The notes beneath the pieces were generated by a model. That model worked only from the letters and a program-made list of their open reading frames with translations, was not told where the DNA came from and made no database searches. A DNA stretch of 64,000 bases from positions 672,001-736,000 of the forward strand of contig CBDBLV010000005.1 of assembly GCA_965207225.1 (NCBI GenBank). The letters run 5' to 3'. The position numbers were made by a program, and so were the translations under genes. Numbering within the stretch: position 1 is the stretch's first letter; every line of letters begins with the position of its first letter. Below, one piece after another: positions 44,511-54,506 of the stretch. This DNA comes from Dehalococcoidia bacterium (lineage in GTDB: Bacteria; Chloroflexota; Dehalococcoidia; Plut-88900).

Positions 44511-44637
44511 TCAGACCGATTCCGCTTCTCGTACGGACGGTTTATCTGCCCCGGGCTGACACCTCTGGAAACGGCTCTGAGCGCGAGGAAATGACACCGA
44601 CTCCCGCTCCCGGGCCCTCGATACCGAAATAAGGCAA

Positions 44638-45006
44638 GTGCCGGAACAATACTCCCTCGAATACACCGCAGTCCTCATCGCCGTTATAGCAGGGACTTTG
44701 ATGGTGCTATTCGGTTTCCTCGCCTCCATGCTTCTCTCCCCGAAGAGCAAGTCCGAGGCCAAGGACACCCCCTACGAATGCGGCATTCCCCCCGTTGGCC
44801 GCTTCTGGTCCCAGATCCACATCCGCTACTACATCTTCGCCATCCTCTTCCTAATCTTCGATGTCGAGGCCGCCTTCCTCTTTCCTTGGGCGGTCATCTT
44901 CAAGACTAACGGCCCCATCATCTTCTACGAAATGATGCTCTTCATCGCCATCTTGCTCTTTGGCCTGCTATATAGCTGGCGCAAGGGGATGCTCCGATGG
45001 AAGTAA
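44638..45006 (+). CDS. nuoA: Complex I subunit A
   Basis: PYECG and FLIFDVE..FLFPWA. Confidence 0.96.
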   Translation: MPEQYSLEYTAVLIAVIAGTLMVLFGFLASMLLSPKSKSEAKDTPYECGIPPVGRFWSQIHIRYYIFAILFLIFDVEAAFLFPWAVIFKTNGPIIFYEMMLFIAILLFGLLYSWRKGMLRWK

Positions 45007-45515
45007 CCCCCGGCGCCCGACGCAACTGGCCCGGGAAGAGCCTTTTCAAGTCCGCCGCGCCCGGCGTGATCACCGCCAAGGCCGACCAGATCTTCGCTAT
45101 GGCCCGTAAATCCTCCCTCTGGCCCCTGCAGTTCGGCCTCGCCTGCTGCGCCATCGAAATGATAAGCACCTTCATGTCCCACCATGACCTGGACAGGTTC
45201 GGCATAGTCCCGTGGCCCTCCCCTAGGCAATCGGACCTCATGATCGTTGCCGGCACCGTAGTCAAGAAGATGGAAGACCCCATCAAGCTCCTCTACGAAC
45301 AGATGCCCTCCCCGAAATGGGTCATTGCCATGGGTAGCTGCGCCAGTGCTGGGGGCCCTTACCAGAAGTCCTACTCCGTCGTAATGGGCGTAGACAAGAT
45401 CATCCCTGTGGATGTCTATGTCCCCGGCTGTCCCCCTCGCCCCGAGGCCCTTATGGACGGCATCATCAAACTCCAGGAAAAGATCATGCGTGAACGTGGG
45501 GAGGCCGGGACTTAG
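44997..45515 (+). CDS. nuoB: Complex I subunit B
   Basis: [14 protein letters not shown] and [11 protein letters not shown]. Confidence 0.97.
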   Translation: MEVTPGARRNWPGKSLFKSAAPGVITAKADQIFAMARKSSLWPLQFGLACCAIEMISTFMSHHDLDRFGIVPWPSPRQSDLMIVAGTVVKKMEDPIKLLYEQMPSPKWVIAMGSCASAGGPYQKSYSVVMGVDKIIPVDVYVPGCPPRPEALMDGIIKLQEKIMRERGEAGT

Positions 45516-45517
45516 CA

Positions 45518-46036
45518 ATGCCGCCGAAAGGCAAAAAGGGTCCCCCACCTCCTCCCCCAGACCCTAGGGCGCTCGCAATCTTGGAGCTTCTGAAAGAAGT
45601 CTTTCCCGAGTCGGAGCCCGTCCTCAACCTCAACCAGGTCGAAATGCCCATTGCCCCCAACGATGCCGGACGCATCTGCCTTGCCGCTAAGCAAGACCCG
45701 AGGCTTAGCTTCGACCTTCTCGGTTGCCAGTCCCTCGTCGAATACGACGAGACCTTTCAGACTGTGTACCACCTGTATTCCACGGCCCTGAAGCACAGCG
45801 CTGTATTCAAAGCCGACGCCCGCAAAGACAACCCCATATTCGACTCAGTATCCTCGGTATGGCGTGCTGCCGAATGGTTCGAACGCGAAAACGCTGAGCT
45901 TTTCGGCGTTGTCTATACCGGCCACCCCGACCCCCGACCCCTCCTCCTCTGGGAAGGCTTCGAAGGATTTCCCGGCCGCAAGGAATACCCCTTCTCCGAA
46001 ATCCAGATCCCCGACGACATCAAGGTGCCACAGTGA
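45518..46036 (+). CDS. nuoC: Complex I subunit C
   Basis: AEWFERE..ELFG..Y.GHPD motif. Confidence 0.93.
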   Translation: MPPKGKKGPPPPPPDPRALAILELLKEVFPESEPVLNLNQVEMPIAPNDAGRICLAAKQDPRLSFDLLGCQSLVEYDETFQTVYHLYSTALKHSAVFKADARKDNPIFDSVSSVWRAAEWFERENAELFGVVYTGHPDPRPLLLWEGFEGFPGRKEYPFSEIQIPDDIKVPQ

Positions 46037-47145
46037 CCATCGACCAATCCCTCGACACCGTCGACATGATGCTCAACATGGGGCCCCAGCACCCCAGCAC
46101 CCATGGTGTCTTCCGCATGGTCCTCACCGTCGACGGAGAGAACATCGTCGACGTCCAACCCCATATAGGCTATCTCCACCGGGGCTCGGAAAAGCTCTGC
46201 GAGGCTGAGGACTACCGCCAGATAGTCGACCTCTTCGACAGACTCGACTACGTATCCTCCTTCAACAACGAGCTCCCTTACGTCATGGCCGTCGAAAAAC
46301 TGATGGGACTTGAAGTCCCCGAACGTGCCCAGTACATCCGCCTCGTAATGTGCGAACTGAATCGCATAGCCAGCCACCTCCTCTTCTACGGCGCCTTCGG
46401 CGCTGACTGCGGAGCCGTCACCCCCTTCCTCTATGGCTTCCGCGAGCGCGAGCAGATGCAGTCCCTCTTCGAGTCCGTCAGCGGCGCCCGGATGATGCAC
46501 GGCTACTTCCGTGTCGGCGGCGTTTTCCGAGATCTCCCAGATGACTTTAACCAGCGCCTTGACTCCCTCCTCCCCATGCTCGAAAAAGGCATCACCGAGT
46601 GCGAAGCCCTCCTCTCCAAGAACGAGCTTTTCCTTGAACGCACCCTCGGCGTAGGCGTCATTGACGCAGAGACCGCCATCGACTTTGGCGTCACAGGCCC
46701 CAACCTCCGTGCCTCCGGCTCGACCTACGATCTGCGCAAAGACGACCCCTACCTCATGTACCCCGACTTCGACTTCAACGTCCCTATAGGCGCCTCCGGA
46801 GACTGCTTCGACCGCTACATGGTCCGCATGGAGGAAATGTGGGAGTCCCTCAAGATAGTTAAGCAGGCCGTGGCCCGGATACCCCGGGGGCCCATCATGG
46901 CCAAGACCCCCCGCACCCTCCGTCCCCCCAAGGGAGACGTCTACGTCCGCACGGAAAACCCCCGAGGTGAGATGGGCGTCTACCTTGTCAGCGACGGCAA
47001 GGACAAGCCCCACCGCATAAAGATGAGGACCCCTTCCTTCTGCAACCTTGTAGCCCTTCGGCACATGCTCATCGGCTCCTACGTCGCCGACGCTGTGGTC
47101 ATCCTCGGCTCCATAGACATTGTCTTGGGAGACGTTGACCGTTGA
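46033..47145 (+). CDS. nuoD: Complex I subunit D
   Basis: NMGPQHPSTHG, GYLHRG.EK, DRLDY, ENPRGE and terminal GDVDR. Confidence 0.97.
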   Translation: MTIDQSLDTVDMMLNMGPQHPSTHGVFRMVLTVDGENIVDVQPHIGYLHRGSEKLCEAEDYRQIVDLFDRLDYVSSFNNELPYVMAVEKLMGLEVPERAQYIRLVMCELNRIASHLLFYGAFGADCGAVTPFLYGFREREQMQSLFESVSGARMMHGYFRVGGVFRDLPDDFNQRLDSLLPMLEKGITECEALLSKNELFLERTLGVGVIDAETAIDFGVTGPNLRASGSTYDLRKDDPYLMYPDFDFNVPIGASGDCFDRYMVRMEEMWESLKIVKQAVARIPRGPIMAKTPRTLRPPKGDVYVRTENPRGEMGVYLVSDGKDKPHRIKMRTPSFCNLVALRHMLIGSYVADAVVILGSIDIVLGDVDR

Positions 47146-48233
47146 GTTGGCAGGACGTGCTCTTCACCATACTCAAGGTACTGGCCGTCATCGGCCTGAT
47201 AACAGTCGTAGTCCTCGCTTTGACCTACCTTGAACGCAAGGCCTTGGGCCGCATCCAGATGCGCATGGGCCCCATGCGCACCGGCTTCCACGGCATATTC
47301 CAACCTATCGCCGACGCCCTCAAGCTCCTCCTCAAGGAAGACGTCACCCCCTCCGTCCGAGACAAGTCAGCCTTCTGGATCGCTCCCCTCATCGTCTTCG
47401 TCCCCGCCTTCATCCTCTGGATTACCATCCCCTTCACCGAAGACCTCGTTGTCCGTAACCTTGAATATGGCATCTTCTACATCATCGCCGTAAGCGTCGT
47501 TGCCATAGTCGGCATCCTCATGGCCAGCTGGGGCTCCAACAACAAGTACGCCCTCCTCGGCGGCGCCCGAGCCGCCGCCCAGCTCATCAGCTACGAACTA
47601 CCCATTATTCTCGTCATCCTCGCCGTCGTCATGCTCGCCGGTACCCTGGACATGAGGGAGATTGTCCACGCCCAGGGCAGCTACCCCTACATCTACCTAC
47701 AGCCCCTTGGCCTTGTCATCTTCCTGGTAGCCGGCCTCGCAGAGCTGGGACGCACCCCCTTCGACATCCCCACCGCCGAGTCTGAAATCGTCGGTGGCCC
47801 CTACGTCGAGTACAGCGGCATGCACTGGTCCATGTTCTTCCTCGCCGAGTACGCCAACACCTTCGCCATCGGGGCCTTGGGAACCGTCCTCTTCCTCGGC
47901 GGCTGGAGCGGTCCCCTTCTCCCGGGCGTCATCTGGTTCGCCATCAAGACTACAGCGATAATCATGGCCATCTTCTGGCTCCGCGCCACCCTCCCCAGGT
48001 TCAGGATCGACCAGCTGATGACCATCTGCTGGCAGTTTCTCATCCCCCTCACCTTCGTCAATATCCTGCTCACCGGCATTTACGCCTTCTACGGTTGGCC
48101 GTCCTGGACCATGTTCCTGATGTCCATAGCCCTGCTGGTCGTTAGCGGCGGCGTAGTCAGGCTGCGGCAGAGGGCCCGTACCGCCAAGTTCGAAGAGGCC
48201 CTCAGAGCCCGCAGGGAGAAGCTCGCGACATGA
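47142..48233 (+). CDS. nuoH: Complex I subunit H
   Basis: ERK...RIQ.R.GP, DALKLLLKE, PFD...AESE and PRFRIDQ. Confidence 0.97.
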   Translation: MSWQDVLFTILKVLAVIGLITVVVLALTYLERKALGRIQMRMGPMRTGFHGIFQPIADALKLLLKEDVTPSVRDKSAFWIAPLIVFVPAFILWITIPFTEDLVVRNLEYGIFYIIAVSVVAIVGILMASWGSNNKYALLGGARAAAQLISYELPIILVILAVVMLAGTLDMREIVHAQGSYPYIYLQPLGLVIFLVAGLAELGRTPFDIPTAESEIVGGPYVEYSGMHWSMFFLAEYANTFAIGALGTVLFLGGWSGPLLPGVIWFAIKTTAIIMAIFWLRATLPRFRIDQLMTICWQFLIPLTFVNILLTGIYAFYGWPSWTMFLMSIALLVVSGGVVRLRQRARTAKFEEALRARREKLAT

Positions 48234-48721
48234 TAGGTGTATTCAAGGGCCTCGCCACCACCATCAAGACCATGATCAGACGACCCGTCACCGCTCAATA
48301 TCCTGATGAGCATCTCCCCGTCTCCGACCGCTTCATGGGCTTCCCGGGCCTCCTCTGGGACGAGGAAATTGGCGAGTCCAAGTGCGTCGGCTGCCAGGTC
48401 TGCGCCCGATACTGCCCCACCGACTGTATGTACGTAACCATGAAGCCCAACGAGAACTTCGCCGCGGGCACAAGCAAGCGTAAGAAGATGGTCGATGACT
48501 TCATGCTCGACATGTCCCGCTGCATCATCTGCGGGATATGCGTTGAGGTCTGCAACTTCGACGCCATAGTCATGACCCAGGAGCACGAGATCGGTCAGTA
48601 CGGCCGCCGGGGCCTCTGGGCCGACCTCGACGCCCTCCACGCCCTCGGCAATGCCTATGAAAAAGAACACGGCCCCGCCTACCCAGACTCCGAAGTAGAC
48701 CCGGAGGCCGACGAGGAATAG
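48230..48721 (+). CDS. nuoI: Complex I subunit I (2x[4Fe-4S])
   Basis: CVGCQVCARYCP and CIICGICVEVC. Confidence 0.96.
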   Translation: MIGVFKGLATTIKTMIRRPVTAQYPDEHLPVSDRFMGFPGLLWDEEIGESKCVGCQVCARYCPTDCMYVTMKPNENFAAGTSKRKKMVDDFMLDMSRCIICGICVEVCNFDAIVMTQEHEIGQYGRRGLWADLDALHALGNAYEKEHGPAYPDSEVDPEADEE

Positions 48722-49218
48722 TGACTACCGTACTCGTCTTCTTCTTCATCCTCGCCGCCATGACCATGATCGGTGCCATCGGTACCGTCACCGCCCGCAA
48801 CGTCGTCCACGCCGCCCTTTTCCTCATCCTTTCCCTTCTAGCGGTCGCCGGTCTGTTCGTCCTTCTCCTCGCCGAGTTCCTCGCCATCGTGCAGGTCCTT
48901 ATCTACGGCGGCGCAATCACCATCCTCCTCCTCTTCGCCCTCATGCTCACCCGCGCCCGGGAGTCCGCCCTAAGGCTCGACAACAACCAGCGAGTCCTCG
49001 CCTTCCTCGCTACCGGAGCCCTATTCGCCGCGCTCACCGTCATCTTCCTCCTGTCCGACTGGCCCGACCCCATCCAGGACCCCCAGCGCCCCGGCTTCAC
49101 CGGCATTGCTGAGGTCCTCTTTCAGCAGTGGGCCATCCCCTTCGAGGTCGCCTCCCTCGTCCTCCTGATCGCCCTAATAGGAGCCATAGTCATCTCCCGC
49201 CCCGGCCCCGAGGAGTAG
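48721..49218 (+). CDS. nuoJ: Complex I subunit J
   Basis: AEFLA.VQVLIY.GAI and PFE.AS. Confidence 0.95.
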   Translation: MTTVLVFFFILAAMTMIGAIGTVTARNVVHAALFLILSLLAVAGLFVLLLAEFLAIVQVLIYGGAITILLLFALMLTRARESALRLDNNQRVLAFLATGALFAALTVIFLLSDWPDPIQDPQRPGFTGIAEVLFQQWAIPFEVASLVLLIALIGAIVISRPGPEE

Positions 49219-49230
49219 GAACCCGAACCC

Positions 49231-49551
49231 TTGATTGCCATCGAGTATTACCTTGTCCTGGGCGCTGCCCTCTTTGCCGTCGGCGTCTATGGAGTCCTCG
49301 TGCGCCGGAATGCCGTCCTCATCCTCATGTCCATAGAGCTCATGCTCCAGGCCGTCAACATCAACCTCCTCGCCTTTTCCACCTACCTAATCCCCCGAGG
49401 AGATACCGAACGACACCTCGGTTTCATATTCGCAATCTTCGTCATCACCATCGCCGCCGCCGAGGTCGGGCTGGCCCTTGGTATCGTCCTCCGAATCTAC
49501 AGGAACCGATCCTCCGTCAACGTCGACGAGCTAAACCGAATGAAATGGTGA
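49231..49551 (+). CDS. nuoK: Complex I subunit K
   Basis: RRN..LMSIELML and AAAEVGLAL. Confidence 0.96.
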   Translation: MIAIEYYLVLGAALFAVGVYGVLVRRNAVLILMSIELMLQAVNINLLAFSTYLIPRGDTERHLGFIFAIFVITIAAAEVGLALGIVLRIYRNRSSVNVDELNRMKW

Positions 49552-49561
49552 CCTCAACTTT

Positions 49562-51472
49562 ATGAGCGACGCAGGAATGATCGGACTGCAGTGGGCCTGG
49601 CTGGCCCCCGCAGCCTGTATCGGAGCCTTTGGCATCCTCGCCCTGTCGGCTCTATTGCGACGTTCCCTACCGAGTAGCGGAGTCCTCCTTGCCGTCTGTG
49701 CCATCGGCTTCTCCTTCGTCCTCTTCTGGTTCCTCCTCAACTCCCTAATCAACGGCGCCGAACGCGACTTCACCGTCTCGTGGTTCGACGCCGGAGGCGG
49801 CGCCTTCAACCTCGGCCTCACCCTTGACCCCGTTGCAATGGTGATGATGGGCGTCATCACCTTCGTATCCCTGCTGGTCCAGATTTACTCCCTCGGCTAC
49901 ATGCGCGGCCAGCCCCGACTCGCCTGGTACTTCGCCGTTCACTCCCTCTTCGCCGCATCCATGCTGGGCCTTGTCCTTACCAACAGCCTCCTTGTCCTCT
50001 ACATAGGCTGGGAGTTGGTCGGAATCTGTTCGTACCTGCTCATCGGCTTCTGGTACGAACGCCGCTCCGCCGCCGAGGCCGCCAAGAAAGCCTTCATCAC
50101 CACCCGTATCGGTGATGTAGGCCTGCTAGTCGGCATCCTGCTCCTGTACTACAAGTTGGACACTTTCCATATCCCCGATATCCTCAGCGCGGTCGAAGCT
50201 GGAGCGCTGAGCGATGGTGTGATGACCCTCAGCGCAATCCTCATCTTCCTCGGTGCTATGGGTAAGTCGGCCCAGTTCCCCCTCCACGTCTGGCTCCCCG
50301 ACGCCATGGAAGGCCCCACCCCCGTCAGCGCCCTCATCCACGCCGCCACAATGGTCGTCGCCGGTGTCTATCTCGTCGCCCGCATGCTCCCCCTCTTTGA
50401 AGCGACTCCCGCCGCCAGCGAGCTCGTCATCGCCATAGGCTTGGTCACCGCCGTCATGGGCGCCACCATGGCCCTGACCTCCAACGACCTAAAACGCGTC
50501 CTGGCCTACTCTACCGTCAGTCAGATTGGCTTCATGATATTGGCCTTGGGCCACGGGGCTCTCGCCGCCGCCATGTTCCACCTGGCCACCCACGCCCTCT
50601 TCAAGGCCCTCCTCTTCCTCGGAGCCGGCAACGTCCTCCACGCCGTCGGTGAACACTCAGACGTAGACATCCGACGCCTCGGCGGCCTCCGCTCCCGCAT
50701 GCCCGTAACCACCGTTGTGTTCATTATCGCCGCCCTCGCCCTCTCTGGTATCCCGCCCCTCAGCGGCTTCTGGAGCAAGGACGAGATACTCCAGGCCATC
50801 TGGAACTACGGCAATCCTGCCACCCTTGTCATCACCATTGCGGCCTTCTTCCTCAGCGCCCTCTACATGACCCGGCTCGTCTGGCTCGTATTCTTCGGTA
50901 ACCTCAAACCCGAGAACCAGTCCGCCCATGAGGCTCCGGCCGTAATGACCAGCCCCATTGCCCTTCTCGGTATTCTAACCCTCGTCTTTGGGTTCACTGC
51001 CCCCGACTGGCTGGACAACGTCTTCGGCCTCCCAGGCGAGGCCACAGGCTTCGCCAGCTTCGTCCTGGACAAGGCCGACAGCTTCCACGAGCACGTCGTA
51101 CTCGCTGCCATATCCTCGGTAGTCGCTCTCCTTGGCATTGCAACAGGTCTCGCCCTGTACAGGCAAGGCATGAAACTACCTGACACCGCAGACCGAGTCC
51201 TCGCCCCCGTCCGGACCCTCGCCACCAACAAGTACTACCTTGACGACGCCTACCAGTGCGCAATTGACCGCGTAGTCTTGGCCACAGGTGCCGCCACGGC
51301 CTGGTTCGACCGCTACGTCGTCAACGATACCGGCGTTGATGGCTCAGGCAAGATCACCGCCCTCGCAAGCCGGGTTCTGCGCCGACACCAGACGGGCCAG
51401 GTCTCCAACTACGTTCTCGTGATTTCTGCAGGCACCCTGATATTTGTGGTGGCCATCACATTGGCCGCATAG
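49562..51472 (+). CDS. nuoL: Complex I subunit L
   Basis: GKSAQFPLHVWLPDAMEGPTPVSALIHAATMV and SGFWSKD. Confidence 0.97.
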   Translation: MSDAGMIGLQWAWLAPAACIGAFGILALSALLRRSLPSSGVLLAVCAIGFSFVLFWFLLNSLINGAERDFTVSWFDAGGGAFNLGLTLDPVAMVMMGVITFVSLLVQIYSLGYMRGQPRLAWYFAVHSLFAASMLGLVLTNSLLVLYIGWELVGICSYLLIGFWYERRSAAEAAKKAFITTRIGDVGLLVGILLLYYKLDTFHIPDILSAVEAGALSDGVMTLSAILIFLGAMGKSAQFPLHVWLPDAMEGPTPVSALIHAATMVVAGVYLVARMLPLFEATPAASELVIAIGLVTAVMGATMALTSNDLKRVLAYSTVSQIGFMILALGHGALAAAMFHLATHALFKALLFLGAGNVLHAVGEHSDVDIRRLGGLRSRMPVTTVVFIIAALALSGIPPLSGFWSKDEILQAIWNYGNPATLVITIAAFFLSALYMTRLVWLVFFGNLKPENQSAHEAPAVMTSPIALLGILTLVFGFTAPDWLDNVFGLPGEATGFASFVLDKADSFHEHVVLAAISSVVALLGIATGLALYRQGMKLPDTADRVLAPVRTLATNKYYLDDAYQCAIDRVVLATGAATAWFDRYVVNDTGVDGSGKITALASRVLRRHQTGQVSNYVLVISAGTLIFVVAITLAA

Positions 51473-51482
51473 GGAGACTCAA

Positions 51483-52955
51483 CTGGACGGCAACATCCTC
51501 ATAGTCCTCCTCTTCCTCCCCGCTGCAGGCGGCGTTCTCGCCGTCCTCATCCCCGAGAACAAGCGCGAGTGGATGAAATACTCCATGGCCGCCATCGCCG
51601 CCGTGACTCTCGCCCTTTCCATCTACCTATTCGTCGCCTACGACAACAACCTCGGCGGCTACCAGTTCGAGACCGAGAAGTACAACTGGCTCCCGGGCCT
51701 CGGCGTTACCTTTCACTTGGCAATGGACGGCATTGCCGCCCCCATGGTTCTCCTCACCGGCATCGTCATGGTTACTGCCGTATTCATGGCCTGGAACACC
51801 GCCCCCCGGGCCAAGGACTTCTTTGCCCTCTTCATGGCCCTGGTCTGTGGTGTATACGGCGTATTCCTCTCCCTGGACCTCTTCTTCCTGTTCTTCTTCT
51901 ACGAACTTGCAGTGGTTCCCATGTATCTTCTCATCGGCGTGTGGGGCAGCACCCGGAAGGAATACGGCGCTCTCAAACTCGTCGTCTACCTGGTAGCCAG
52001 TAGTGTCCTGGTATGGGTGGGGCTAATTGCAATTTACGTCCATGCAGACCTTGGGACGTTCAACTTGTTGGAACTCGAACAGGCCGGTTACAGCGCCACC
52101 TTCCAGCGTGTCGTGTTCCCACTATTGATGTTTGGCTTCGGCGTCCTCGCAGGCCTGTGGCCCTTCCACACCTGGTCCCCCGATGGCCACGTCGCTGCCC
52201 CGACCTCCGTCAGCATGCTCCACGCTGGCGTCCTTATGAAGCTCGGGGCCTTCGGCATCATCCGCGTCGGCCTGGACCTCCTCCCCGAAGGCGCGCAGGA
52301 CTGGCAACTGGTGTTGGTCATTCTGGCCACGGTTAACGTCGTATATGGGGCAATGTCGGCCCTCGCCCAGCGAGACCTGAAGTTCGTCATCGGCTATTCC
52401 AGCGTTAGCCACATGGGATACGTCCTTCTGGGCATCGCGACCCTGCATCCCCAGGGCCTTACCGGAGCCGTCTACCAGATGTTCTCCCACGGCATAATGA
52501 CGGCCCTCTTCTTCGCCCTGGTTGGCGTCGTCTACGACCGCGCCCACACCCGAGACATCTCCGTCTTCCAGGGTCTCTCCAAGCGCATGGGCGTTACCGC
52601 ATCCTTCTTCGCCGTAGCCGGACTTGCTTCCCTTGGTCTCCCAGGCCTCAGCGGATTCATCGCCGAGTTCCTCGTATTCGTGGGCCTCTTCAAGACCTAT
52701 CCCGTAGTGGCCGTCTTCGGCATCATCGGCGCCGCAATCACCGCCGTCTACATCCTGCGCCTCATCGCCAAGGTTTTCTTCGGCCCCCTCGACCCCCGCT
52801 GGGAATCCCTCCCCGACGCCTCCCCTCTGGAAAAAGCCTCCATGCTCTCCCTCGTCGCCGTCCTCATATTCGGCGGCGTCTATCCCCAGCCCTTCACCCG
52901 GATCATCGACCAGGGCATCGGCCCCATCCTCGATAGAGTAGCCGCAGTAGCATGA
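51483..52955 (+). CDS. nuoM: Complex I subunit M (start uncertain: CTG 51483 or GTG 51444)
   Basis: PFHTW.PDGH, YSSVSHMG and LGLPG..GF..EF. Confidence 0.95.
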   Translation: MDGNILIVLLFLPAAGGVLAVLIPENKREWMKYSMAAIAAVTLALSIYLFVAYDNNLGGYQFETEKYNWLPGLGVTFHLAMDGIAAPMVLLTGIVMVTAVFMAWNTAPRAKDFFALFMALVCGVYGVFLSLDLFFLFFFYELAVVPMYLLIGVWGSTRKEYGALKLVVYLVASSVLVWVGLIAIYVHADLGTFNLLELEQAGYSATFQRVVFPLLMFGFGVLAGLWPFHTWSPDGHVAAPTSVSMLHAGVLMKLGAFGIIRVGLDLLPEGAQDWQLVLVILATVNVVYGAMSALAQRDLKFVIGYSSVSHMGYVLLGIATLHPQGLTGAVYQMFSHGIMTALFFALVGVVYDRAHTRDISVFQGLSKRMGVTASFFAVAGLASLGLPGLSGFIAEFLVFVGLFKTYPVVAVFGIIGAAITAVYILRLIAKVFFGPLDPRWESLPDASPLEKASMLSLVAVLIFGGVYPQPFTRIIDQGIGPILDRVAAVA

Positions 52956-54388
52956 ACGTCGACTTCGCACTTCTCGTCCCCGAGTTCCTTCTGGTCGGGC
53001 TTGCCTTCGTCCTCTTCACCGTCGACCTCTTCATCCCCAACGACAAGAAGGGCATCCTTCCCTATCTCGCCGTTGCCGGACTCCTTGCCACGGCCGGGTC
53101 TGCCTTCACCCTCCTCGGCAACGAAGGCTCGCTATACGCCAATATCTACGTCGTAGATAAGTACGCTATCTTCTTCAAAGTATTCCTGCCCATAGTCGGT
53201 GTGGTCATGGTCATCGCCTCCCGAGAGTTCGTCAAAAAGCACTTGGAGAATCCGGGAGAGTTCTACAGCCTCATCATGGTCTCCGTGCTGGGCATGATGC
53301 TGATGGTCTCCGCCAACGAGCTTCTCACCGCCTACATTTCCCTGGAGCTCCTCAGCTTCTGCCTCTACATCATGGCTGCCTACGCCAAGCGGGAGGCCCG
53401 CTCCAACGAGGCCGGAGTCAAATACATCCTCATCGGGGCCTTCTCCTCGGGCGTCTTGCTATACGGTATGAGCCTCATCTACGGCGCCCTGGGCACGACC
53501 ACCTTCGAAGGCATGGCCGACGCCCTCCGCGCAGGCGAGCACCTGGAGTTCGCCTTCCTAACCGGCCTGGTCCTGCTCATAGCCGGCTTCGGTTTCAAGG
53601 TCGTCGCCGTACCCTTCCACATGTGGGCCCCCGACGTCTACGAAGGCGCCCCCCTCCCCGTGACGGCCTACCTGTCCGTCGCTTCCAAGGCCGCCAGCTT
53701 CGCACTCCTGCTGCGCCTCTTCGCCGTCGCCTTCGAACCCGTCATCGACGATTGGAAGCCCATTGTTGCCGCCATAGCCGCTGTGACCATGACCGTCGGT
53801 AACGTAGTGGCGATCTCCCAGAAGAACATAAAGCGACTGCTGGCCTACTCCAGCATCGGCCACGCCGGGTTCCTGCTAGTCGGCATAGCTGCACTCTCCG
53901 AAATGGCCTCCACCGCCCTCGTTCTCTACCTCGTCGGCTACGCCGCTACTACCTTTGTCGCCTTCATCTGCGTCATCATCTATTTCAACCTCACCGGCCA
54001 CGAGAAAATCGAGGAATACGCTGGCCTCGCGAAGCGTTCACCCGTCCTGGCCCTCGCCCTGACAATAAGCCTCTTCTCCCTGGCTGGCCTGCCCTTCTTC
54101 GCCGGATTCACCATAAAGTTCTACATCTTTGCTGCCGCCGCCAAAGAAGACCTTATCTGGCTCGTCGCCATCGCCGTGGTCAACAGCCTCATCTCCGTCT
54201 ACTACTACCTCATGGTCATACGCCAGATGTACATCAAACCCGCCCCCGAGGGCTCAAAATCCCTCACCATGCCGAAGATAACCGGTTCAGCCCTCCTCAT
54301 CCTTGTCGGCGTCGTCTTCCTCATCGGAATCTTCCCCCAGTCCATCACCGGCCTCATAGAGAAAGCAACACCCGCCCTGTTTGGGTAA
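52952..54388 (+). CDS. nuoN: Complex I subunit N
   Basis: FKVVAVPFHMWAPDVYEGAP and KRLLAYSSI.HAG. Confidence 0.97.
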   Translation: MNVDFALLVPEFLLVGLAFVLFTVDLFIPNDKKGILPYLAVAGLLATAGSAFTLLGNEGSLYANIYVVDKYAIFFKVFLPIVGVVMVIASREFVKKHLENPGEFYSLIMVSVLGMMLMVSANELLTAYISLELLSFCLYIMAAYAKREARSNEAGVKYILIGAFSSGVLLYGMSLIYGALGTTTFEGMADALRAGEHLEFAFLTGLVLLIAGFGFKVVAVPFHMWAPDVYEGAPLPVTAYLSVASKAASFALLLRLFAVAFEPVIDDWKPIVAAIAAVTMTVGNVVAISQKNIKRLLAYSSIGHAGFLLVGIAALSEMASTALVLYLVGYAATTFVAFICVIIYFNLTGHEKIEEYAGLAKRSPVLALALTISLFSLAGLPFFAGFTIKFYIFAAAAKEDLIWLVAIAVVNSLISVYYYLMVIRQMYIKPAPEGSKSLTMPKITGSALLILVGVVFLIGIFPQSITGLIEKATPALFG

Positions 54389-54506
54389 GAAACTGATCTC
54401 AGAAGCCAGTAGTTCATACCCATACCCGCTTGACCCCCTCCCCACCCCCCAGTAACATTCCCACCGACCCTTATTTCTTTTCGCATCTCTTTGGAGGATA
54501 CACGTA

